DNA from: an uncultured delta proteobacterium
Lineage (GTDB): Bacteria > Desulfobacterota > Binatia > Binatales > Binataceae
Assembly: GCA_963765675.1 (NCBI GenBank)
Contig: CAVXXK010000001.1
Span: forward strand, 512,001 to 576,000
DNA length: 64,000 nt
Direction: 5' to 3'
Numbering within the stretch: the first letter of the stretch is position 1; every line of letters begins with the position of its first letter. The notes beneath the pieces were generated by a model, which was not told the DNA's origin, ran no database searches, and saw only the letters and a program-made list of their open reading frames with translations. The position numbers were made by a program, and so were the translations under genes. Shown one piece after another: positions 57,016 through 64,000 of the stretch.

Positions 57016-57777
57016 TCAAACCGCGGTCAGTCCACCGTCCACGGAGATCGATGCGCCCGTCACAAACGACGCGGCGTCGCTGAGCAACCACGCTACCGCT
57101 TCGCCGATCTCGCTGGCGCGTGCCTTGCGCCCTACTGGCTCGACCTGGTCGAGCCTTCCTGCGAGCTTGGGCTGCTGGGCGATCATGCCGGCAACGAGCG
57201 GGGTATCGACCACACCGGGGCATACGTCGTTGATTCGGATCGCGGCGCGGGCGTACTCGATCGCCGCGCATTTTGTCAGGCCGACGACGCCGTGTTTGGC
57301 CGCCGTGTACGCGGGCATTGAGTGCGACGCGACCAGGCCCGCCGCCGAGGCGGTGTTCACGATCGCGCCGGGCGACTTCTGCGCCAGGAACTGGCGAATC
57401 TCGGCGCGCATGCAGAGCCATACCCCCTTGAGATTTACCGCCATTATCTGATCCCATTCTTCTTCGCCGTAGTCGGCGGTCTTGCGCTGCGCACCGGCGA
57501 TTCCGGCGTTGTTGAACGCGCAATCGAGCCGCCCGAATTTCTTCACGGCGGCCGCCACCAGCGCGTCAGCGTCGGACGCGCGCGCTACGTCGCAGCGGAC
57601 AAACTCGGCCTCGCCGCTCTGCTCGCGAACCATCCGCACCGTCTCGGCGCCGTCGCGCTCGGAGACGTCGCCGATAATCACGCGCGCGCCTTCGCGCGCC
57701 ACAATCAACGCAGTCGCGCGTCCGATTCCTGATCCGCCGCCGGTTATAATTGTGCTCTTGCCAGCCAATGAGGGCAT
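57016..57777 (-). CDS. Short-chain dehydrogenase/reductase
   Basis: TGGGSGIG, NNAG, YTAAK and VDGG motifs. Confidence 0.95.
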   Translation of the reverse strand: MPSLAGKSTIITGGGSGIGRATALIVAREGARVIIGDVSERDGAETVRMVREQSGEAEFVRCDVARASDADALVAAAVKKFGRLDCAFNNAGIAGAQRKTADYGEEEWDQIMAVNLKGVWLCMRAEIRQFLAQKSPGAIVNTASAAGLVASHSMPAYTAAKHGVVGLTKCAAIEYARAAIRINDVCPGVVDTPLVAGMIAQQPKLAGRLDQVEPVGRKARASEIGEAVAWLLSDAASFVTGASISVDGGLTAV

Positions 57778-57794
57778 CGCGGATTCTCCCTTGT

Positions 57795-58880
57795 TTAGCT
57801 ACGCCACGGCTCGACCAGAATCTTCGCGTGATGCTCAGGCGAGCCGAGATCCTCGAACGCCTGCGCGACGCCTTCGACTCCGACCTTGCCGGTGATCAGC
57901 GGATCGACGGTGGTCTTTCCCTGCGCGATATTGAATAACGTCTCGCCGAATTCCTCCGGAGTGTATCCGAGCACGAACTGCACATTCAGTTCCTTGCTGA
58001 TGCCGAGCATCGGCTCGAATGAATCGCGTTCCATGCACACGCCGACAACCACGATCCGCGCGCCCGATTGCGCGCCCGACATGATCGACTCAATTACTCC
58101 CGGCACGCCAACGCATTCGAAGACCACGGATGGACGCAGCGCGGGCCCTGGCATCCACGGTTGCACCGGCGGCGCCTTCGACGGATCGCTGTAGGCCGCG
58201 ACCTGCTTCCAGCTTTCGTACGCGGATTTCTCTTTCGGATCGACGACGACATCTGCGCCCATCTTGAGTGCGAGCTCGCGGCGACGCGGCGAGAAGTCCG
58301 CCGCGACAATCGGATGCTGCCCCTTGAGCTTCAATGCGGCGATTACCGCGAGTCCTACCGGCCCGCATCCTATAACCAGCGGCGCGTCGTCCGGCGTCAG
58401 GCGCGCCTTCTGCACCGCGTGAAATCCAACCGCCATCGGCTCGGTTAGCGCGGCGCGCTCGGTCGAGAGTCCGTTGGGAACCTCGAGCAGCAGAGCCTCG
58501 GTCAGGCGCATGAATTCGCCGTAGCCGCCCGGGTTCTCGTTCGAGTAGCCGACCGTCTCGATTCCGCTTGAGCGAATCAGGACCGGGAAAGAGCAGACTC
58601 GCGTCCCGGCCTTGAAGCGCTTTTGCGTGCCAGGTCCGAAGTCCGCAACCTCGGCGCAGAACTCGTGACCCATCACGATGTCGCGTTTCAAATCCATCAC
58701 GAACGCGGCACCCGCGCGTTTGGAGCTCTCGACCATCTTCTCTGCATGTTTCAACGCGTGGAGATCCGATCCGCAAATTCCGCACGCGAGGGTTTTGACG
58801 ATTACTTCGCCGGGGCCCGGCTCCGGAACCGGAATATCGGCGACGACCAGCTTTTTGTTACGCATTACTGCCGCACGCAT
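57795..58880 (-). CDS. Zinc-binding medium-chain dehydrogenase
   Basis: GICGSDLH, GHE and GCGPVG; no four-Cys structural zinc lobe. Confidence 0.92.
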   Translation of the reverse strand: MRAAVMRNKKLVVADIPVPEPGPGEVIVKTLACGICGSDLHALKHAEKMVESSKRAGAAFVMDLKRDIVMGHEFCAEVADFGPGTQKRFKAGTRVCSFPVLIRSSGIETVGYSNENPGGYGEFMRLTEALLLEVPNGLSTERAALTEPMAVGFHAVQKARLTPDDAPLVIGCGPVGLAVIAALKLKGQHPIVAADFSPRRRELALKMGADVVVDPKEKSAYESWKQVAAYSDPSKAPPVQPWMPGPALRPSVVFECVGVPGVIESIMSGAQSGARIVVVGVCMERDSFEPMLGISKELNVQFVLGYTPEEFGETLFNIAQGKTTVDPLITGKVGVEGVAQAFEDLGSPEHHAKILVEPWRS

Positions 58881-59049
58881 TTGGAATCTCTCCTTGTAAA
58901 CTTGTTTGCGGTCTCACTGTACCAAGGTTCCCCCGGCATTCGTCCAGCGGACAGCAAGCCGCTGAAAGCTCTATCGCGCTCGCATTGTATTTGCATTGCG
59001 AATGTAATAATCGTTGCTGCACTGACAGTTCCAAGGAGCAGCACGCCAT

Positions 59050-59448
59050 ATGAGTTCTATCGTTCCCAGTCCCGAAGCGTTTCAGGCGTTGATGGCCGAC
59101 CCGGACCAGGGCCCGGTCGTGATGCTCAACCTGCTGAAGTTCAAGGCTGTGGCCGACGGCGCGACCGGCAGCGGCGCCGACGCATACCGGCGCTACGGCG
59201 ACGCGGCGACGAAACTCGTCGAAGCGCGAGGGGGCCGCGTGCTATGGATGGGCAGGCCGGCGCATCTGCTGGTTGGCGAGCCATCCGACCAGTGGGACGC
59301 CGTCGCGATTGTGCAGTATCCGAGTCCGCGCGCATTTATCGAGATGGTGACGAGCGCCGAGTACCAGCAGATTCATGCGCATCGCGAGGCGGGACTCGAG
59401 CGCACCGCGCTCATCGCGTGCCGCACTCCGACCGACATACTGCGCTGA
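59050..59448 (+). CDS. DUF1330 domain protein
   Basis: PVVMLNLLKF...AYRRY...GGR...WD...VQYPS...HREAGLE; paralogue of 10854-11261. Confidence 0.85.
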   Translation: MSSIVPSPEAFQALMADPDQGPVVMLNLLKFKAVADGATGSGADAYRRYGDAATKLVEARGGRVLWMGRPAHLLVGEPSDQWDAVAIVQYPSPRAFIEMVTSAEYQQIHAHREAGLERTALIACRTPTDILR

Positions 59449-59466
59449 TCGTCTGGAGCAAGTGCC

Positions 59467-61044
59467 ATGGGCCGAAAGATCCTGTTTATCACGACTGATC
59501 AGCAACGCTACGACTCGCTCGGATGCAACGGCGGAAAGATCGCGCGCACTCCTTGCGCCGACGCTCTCGCCGCTCAGGGAATCAACTATCGCCGCGCGCA
59601 CAATCAGAACACGGTCTGCATGCCCGCGCGCTCGACGATGATCACGGGGCAGTACGTGCGGACCCATGGCGTGTTCTCCAATGGCGTACCACTTCCCGCC
59701 GACGCTCCGAGCGTCGCGCGATGGCTGCATGACAAGGGAGGGTACCGGACCGCGCTTATTGGCAAGGCGCATTTCGAGCCGCTGTTCGACCCGAGCGGAA
59801 GATGGTTCGAGAATACCATGGCCGACCAGGGCAGCTTCGGACCATATCGCGGGTTCGAGCACATGGAGCTCGCGATGCACGGGCCGATGGGCCGATGGCA
59901 TTACACCAAGTGGCTGCGCGACAACTTTCCCACCGAGGTTGCCGGTTTTGTGACGATGCTGAGCAACAAGGGCGGCGGCGACACCGGCGCTCCGGAAGTG
60001 GGCTACAACCCGATACCGCGCGGCCACTATCACACTGACTGGGTCGCCGACCGCACCGTCGCTTATATCGATCAGCTAGCGCAGAACGAAGACTGGTTCA
60101 TCTGGATGAGCTTTCCCGATCCGCATCACCCGTGGGATCCGCCGGCCAGCGAAGCGCGGCGCATCAATTGGCGCGACCTCGATCTGCCGCCGGGGCATCC
60201 GGGCTCGCGCGAGAAGATCGAAAAGATTCTCGCCCAGAAACCGCGCCACTGGCTCGACTGGTACCAGGGACGCTTTGGAAACGACGAAGGCGGCGCAATG
60301 ACCTTCGTGCCGTGCGAGATGACTCACGACCAGGTGCGCGAAATCAACGCGCTCATCCACGTCAAGAACGAGTTGATCGATGAAGCATGCGCGCGCGTGA
60401 TCAAGCGCATCACGGAGCGCGGATGGGCCCGCGACACCGACATCTTCTTCACCACGGATCACGGCGAGCTGCAGGGAGACTTCGGCCTGATGTTCAAGGG
60501 GCCGTATCACGTCGATGCGCTCATGCGCGTGCCGCTCATCTGGCGTCCGGCGCCCTCGGCGGGAGTAGTTCCCGCGGAAATTAACGAACCCGTAGGACAT
60601 CTGGATCTTGCGCCGACCTTCTGCGAAATCGCTGGCGTGCCGCGCGCGGACTGGATGCAAGGAGCACCGCTGCCGGTCCAACCGGGATCGGCGCGGCAAC
60701 GCGTCATCACCGAATGGGACAGCCAGTTCGCACAAATCGGGATGCATCTGCGATCGATCTATCGCGACGGATGGCTCCTGACCGCGTACGAGAAATCCAC
60801 GCGCGACGCGGGCTTCAACCTCGCGCTGCTGTATCAGGCATTGCGTCGAACGAACCCGGTGCCGGATATCCGCTACGAAGGTACCGAGGGCGAGCTATAC
60901 CATCTGACCGACGATCCTCTGCAATGGCAAAATCTCTGGAATGACGCCGGCTACCGCAAAATCAAGTCCGATCTTCTGGCCGACCTCCGCGACAATCTGC
61001 CGCCCGCGCGCACTCCCGCGCTGACGGTGGACGCACCGGCGTAG
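59467..61044 (+). CDS. Cys-type sulfatase-like hydrolase
   Basis: TTDQQR, CMPAR (CxPxR formylglycine motif), GKAH, PDPHHP, TDHG and KG motifs. Confidence 0.9.
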   Translation: MGRKILFITTDQQRYDSLGCNGGKIARTPCADALAAQGINYRRAHNQNTVCMPARSTMITGQYVRTHGVFSNGVPLPADAPSVARWLHDKGGYRTALIGKAHFEPLFDPSGRWFENTMADQGSFGPYRGFEHMELAMHGPMGRWHYTKWLRDNFPTEVAGFVTMLSNKGGGDTGAPEVGYNPIPRGHYHTDWVADRTVAYIDQLAQNEDWFIWMSFPDPHHPWDPPASEARRINWRDLDLPPGHPGSREKIEKILAQKPRHWLDWYQGRFGNDEGGAMTFVPCEMTHDQVREINALIHVKNELIDEACARVIKRITERGWARDTDIFFTTDHGELQGDFGLMFKGPYHVDALMRVPLIWRPAPSAGVVPAEINEPVGHLDLAPTFCEIAGVPRADWMQGAPLPVQPGSARQRVITEWDSQFAQIGMHLRSIYRDGWLLTAYEKSTRDAGFNLALLYQALRRTNPVPDIRYEGTEGELYHLTDDPLQWQNLWNDAGYRKIKSDLLADLRDNLPPARTPALTVDAPA

Positions 61045-61087
61045 GCTGATCTGTTTTGCCGGGATGATGAGAGGCTTGCATCATTGA

Positions 61088-61126
61088 ACTAATTATATTA
61101 GTCAATTCACTATGATGATTAGTCAA
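61088..61126. promoter_or_regulatory. Tandem ACTA-N7-TAGT palindromes, probable operator of the downstream TetR
   Basis: ACTAATTATATTAGT (61088-61102) and ACTATGATGATTAGT (61109-61123); ATTAGTCAA repeated 21 bp apart. Confidence 0.6.
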
Positions 61127-62032
61127 CGAATCTCGCTCCTGAAATCGGCTCTCTCGATCGTTGCGATACTCGCGCTCACTGCCCTATCGTGCGTAACAGC
61201 GCAGGCCACCGATCCCGTCACGCCGGCACAAAAGCTCAGCGTTCCCGGCGGGACGCTTGCGTTCGATGACACCGGCGGTGCCGGACCCTTAATCATTTGC
61301 GTGCCCGGGATGGGCGACGTGCGCGAGCAGTATCGCTTCCTGACTCCGCTGCTGGTCCGCGCCGGCTTCCGCGTGGTCACGATGGACCTGCGCGCAATGG
61401 GCGACTCGAGTGTCGATTGGCCTGACTATTCACCCGAGGCAGTCGGCGGCGATATCGTGGCGATGGTCCGGCATCTGAACGCCGGACGCGCGTATATCGT
61501 AGGCAATTCATTCGCAGGAGGAGCGGCGGTCTGGGCGGCAGCCGAGATTCCCGATCAAATCGCAGGTATCGTTCTGATCGATCCATTCGTCCGCGATCAT
61601 CAGATCTCACTCTTCACACGTCTCGAACTGGACTTCGCGCTTCATCGTCCGTGGGGGCCCGCGATCTGGGCGAGCTACTATCGCTCGCTCTACAAGGAAG
61701 ATCCTCCGGCGGACCTCGATATCTACATCTCAGCGCTCACGGCGAATCTGAAACAGCAGGGACGATTCGAAGCGCTGCGCGCGATGGCGTGGGCGCCGCA
61801 AACCACATGCGAAGCGCGAATTCCAGCGCTCAAGACTCCCGCGCTCGTGATCATGGGCGGCGCAGATCCGGATTTCGACACGCCCGCCGCCGAGGCCGAT
61901 TGGATCGGCACGCATCTGCATGCGCAAGTGTTGATGGTTCCGAACGTCGGCCACTATCCGCACGTCGAGAAACCCGCCGTCGTCGCGCAGGCGATCACCG
62001 CGTTCGTGGGGGAGCACTCGAGTGCGCACTAA
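61112..62032 (+). CDS. Exported alpha/beta hydrolase
   Basis: Signal peptide ending AQA; PGMGD, GNSFAG and GHYPH motifs. Confidence 0.85.
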   Translation: MMISQRISLLKSALSIVAILALTALSCVTAQATDPVTPAQKLSVPGGTLAFDDTGGAGPLIICVPGMGDVREQYRFLTPLLVRAGFRVVTMDLRAMGDSSVDWPDYSPEAVGGDIVAMVRHLNAGRAYIVGNSFAGGAAVWAAAEIPDQIAGIVLIDPFVRDHQISLFTRLELDFALHRPWGPAIWASYYRSLYKEDPPADLDIYISALTANLKQQGRFEALRAMAWAPQTTCEARIPALKTPALVIMGGADPDFDTPAAEADWIGTHLHAQVLMVPNVGHYPHVEKPAVVAQAITAFVGEHSSAH

Positions 62033-62639
62033 GGCTGGGCTCACAACAGACAAGGTTGTCGCCGCCGCGGCGGAGTTGGCGGATCTTAACGGCGCGGATG
62101 CTCTCACCCTGTCTGCGCTCGCAGCGCGCCTTCGAATCAAGCCTCCTTCCCTGTTCAACCACGTGAGCGGAATGAACGCGCTCAGGCGCGAACTGCGCCT
62201 GCTCGCGCTCAGAGAACTTGCCGACGCGATGGGCGCCGCGGCGATTGGCCGCTCGCGCGGCGATGCAATTCGAGCGCTAGGGCATGCCTATCGTAAGTTC
62301 GTGAAACGGCGGCCTGGAATATACGCAGAGACTGTCCGCGCCGATGAGGGTGGCGAATCCAAGGACTCCGAGATCAACGCGCTCGCCACCAAAATCGTGG
62401 CGATCTGTGTCTCCGCGCTGGCGGGCTATGGGCTCAGCCCTCGCCAGGAGATTCACGCGATTCGCGCGCTCAGAAGCCTCGCGCATGGATTTGTGACCCT
62501 CGAGATGGGAGGCGGCTTCGGGCTCCCGATCACGCTGGACGAGAGCTATGACTGGATGCTGGAGACCTTCATTCGCGGTCTCGAAGATGGCCCTGTTCCC
62601 TCGCGCACACGAAGACCGGCGCGAACGCGCACGCGTTAG
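62022..62639 (+). CDS. TetR/AcrR regulator (WHG domain)
   Basis: LTLSALAARLRIKPPSLFNHV helix-turn-helix; RSLAHGFVTLE. Confidence 0.9.
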   Translation: MRTKAGLTTDKVVAAAAELADLNGADALTLSALAARLRIKPPSLFNHVSGMNALRRELRLLALRELADAMGAAAIGRSRGDAIRALGHAYRKFVKRRPGIYAETVRADEGGESKDSEINALATKIVAICVSALAGYGLSPRQEIHAIRALRSLAHGFVTLEMGGGFGLPITLDESYDWMLETFIRGLEDGPVPSRTRRPARTRTR

Positions 62640-62698
62640 CTCTTCGCGCCAGCTTCGCGCGGTTGGCATCGCCCACGCGTGGCGCTAGATTCGCGGCC

Positions 62699-63496
62699 AT
62701 GCCCAGACAACGAATCGGCGATATCGAAATCTACTACGAGATTCACGGCGACGATCCGCAGACCCTGGTGATGATTCGCGGACTCGGCTCGAATCTGACC
62801 GCGTGGTACGAGCAGGTTCCTGAATTCGCGCGCCACTTTCGCGTCGTGGTGTTCGACAACCGCGGCGCAGGAAGGACCGACAAACCCGACGCGCCCTACT
62901 CACTACGCCAGATGGCCGACGAGACAGCCGGCCTGATGGACGCGCTCGGCATTCAGCGCGCGGCCTTGCTGGGAATCTCGATGGGCGGGATGATCGCGCA
63001 GGAGTTCGCCCTCGCGCATCAGGCGAAGCTCTCCTGCCTGATCCTGGGATGCACCACTTTCGGCGGTGCCGAAGCAGTGCGCGCTGCTCCGGAGGTGATG
63101 GAGGCGCTGCTCGCGGGCGAAAAGGCCAACGCCGAACAGCGACGCATCCAGCAGCGTTCCGCGTTCACCGATAACGCGATTGAAAATCGCCGCGAGATTA
63201 TCGACAAACACGAACGCATCCGGATGCAGTACCTGATTCCGCCGTTCGCCTATCAGCGCCAGATCGAAGCCGTCATGAAATATGACGTGAGCAAACGGCT
63301 GGGAGAGATTCACGTGCCTACGATGGTGATGACGGGGCGCGACGATATTCTGGTGCCGCCCGAAAACTCGAAGCTGATCGCGGCGCGAATCCCGGGTGCG
63401 AAACTGGTCGAGCTTCCCGGCGGCCATCTGTTCTTCACCGAGTATCCGGCTGAGTTCAATGCGGCAGTAATCGAATTCGTAAAGGCGCATCAGTAG
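62699..63496 (+). CDS. Alpha/beta hydrolase
   Basis: FDNRGAGRT, GISMGG and GGHLF motifs; start refined to ATG 62699. Confidence 0.88.
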   Translation: MPRQRIGDIEIYYEIHGDDPQTLVMIRGLGSNLTAWYEQVPEFARHFRVVVFDNRGAGRTDKPDAPYSLRQMADETAGLMDALGIQRAALLGISMGGMIAQEFALAHQAKLSCLILGCTTFGGAEAVRAAPEVMEALLAGEKANAEQRRIQQRSAFTDNAIENRREIIDKHERIRMQYLIPPFAYQRQIEAVMKYDVSKRLGEIHVPTMVMTGRDDILVPPENSKLIAARIPGAKLVELPGGHLFFTEYPAEFNAAVIEFVKAHQ

Positions 63497-64000
63497 ATGG
63501 TCAACTGCATGCATCGAATCTTTGCTGCGGCTGTGATCATCGCAATGGCCGCGACTGCGGCGTATGGCGCCCCGGCGTTGCCGCTCAAAATCGCCGTGAT
63601 CGCCCGGCCTGTTCCCACGGTAATGTTCGAGGGCGATGGCCTGCCGCACGTCGCATACGAACTGTACGTCTCGAACTTTAATAGCCAGACCGTGCGGATC
63701 GACGAGCTCACGCTCTCGCCGAGTGAAAAGGCCGTGCGTGCTACGGGCGCCTCGGACCAGAGCTTCTCCGGCGACGAGTTGCGCCACATGTTCAGTTTGA
63801 TCGCGGGCAACGCGCTGACCCCGCAGGATCCGGTTCTGAAACCGGCAGCTAGCGGAGTGCTGTTCGTGTTCCTCAATCGCGATCCGGGTGACAAAGTCTT
63901 CAACACGCTCGAGGTCGAGGTTGACGGCAAGCCCGACACGCGACAGAAAGTCGCTTCCGCCGTGGTCGAGGTCAGGCATGCGTCGCCGATCGTCATCTCG
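63497..64000 (+). CDS. Exported protein, probably the N-terminus of an M23-family peptidase (runs off window end)
   Basis: Manually translated: signal peptide, then GDGLPHVAYELYVSN; open to the end of the window; catalytic domain not visible. Confidence 0.5.
   Translation, partial: MVNCMHRIFAAAVIIAMAATAAYGAPALPLKIAVIARPVPTVMFEGDGLPHVAYELYVSNFNSQTVRIDELTLSPSEKAVRATGASDQSFSGDELRHMFSLIAGNALTPQDPVLKPAASGVLFVFLNRDPGDKVFNTLEVEVDGKPDTRQKVASAVVEVRHASPIVIS

Noticed and set aside
58991-59007. Imperfect palindrome TTGCATT-GCG-AATGTAA in a divergent promoter
   Set aside because: It is a single short copy with no adjacent regulator, too weak to call.
331-63996. Many long overlapping or antisense ORFs in the track (e.g. 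331-1005, 32316-33815, 54093-55616, 62903-63979)
   Set aside because: They are shadow frames of well-supported genes in high-GC DNA and carry no family motifs.
1-64000. CRISPR arrays, tRNA/rRNA genes, IS elements, integrases, riboswitches (including a cobalamin riboswitch before cobQ)
   Set aside because: None recognised by eye. Intergenic gaps are short and cobQ has only 6 nt upstream. An Infernal or tRNAscan run would be needed to exclude small RNAs.

Overview
This is a GC-rich bacterial chromosomal segment, densely coding, with about 57 genes. I recognised no rRNA, tRNA, CRISPR array, transposase or prophage gene. Gene content (many amidohydrolases, luciferase-like monooxygenase, acyl-CoA dehydrogenase, DUF1330 proteins, an MCE system) suggests a diderm soil heterotroph, possibly Candidatus Binatota; this assignment is inference only. 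Layout: (1) 1-19 kb holds catabolic and detoxification genes, including a CGNR/ABATE zinc-finger divergon with three copies of a GTAACY-N19-GGTTAY palindrome. (2) 19.8-22.3 kb is a Rieske dioxygenase alpha/beta pair with a TetR gene, sharing an operator-like palindrome. (3) 22.4-31.4 kb is a general-stress and DNA-repair block: DUF4142, a 55-aa metallothionein, PA2169, a ligase-less LigD, LigC, DUF2252, RecQ and CobQ. (4) 32-41 kb encodes MlaEFD-PqiC and an RND pump. (5) 40.9-50.9 kb has a WYL-domain regulator divergent from recC-recB-recD. (6) 51-64 kb holds gnd-zwf and further hydrolases and oxidoreductases. The best candidate for a new system is block 5. The two transcription units share a 49-bp near-symmetric element with a TATAAT at each end, each preceded by TGTCTT-N10. 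This is the geometry of promoters activated by the WYL factor PafBC, so RecBCD may be switched on by an ssDNA-sensing WYL protein. recB and recD appear fused in one 1749-aa ORF, but removing a single T restores a normal ATGA overlap. Three other genes in the window carry single-base lesions, so the fusion may be a sequencing artefact.
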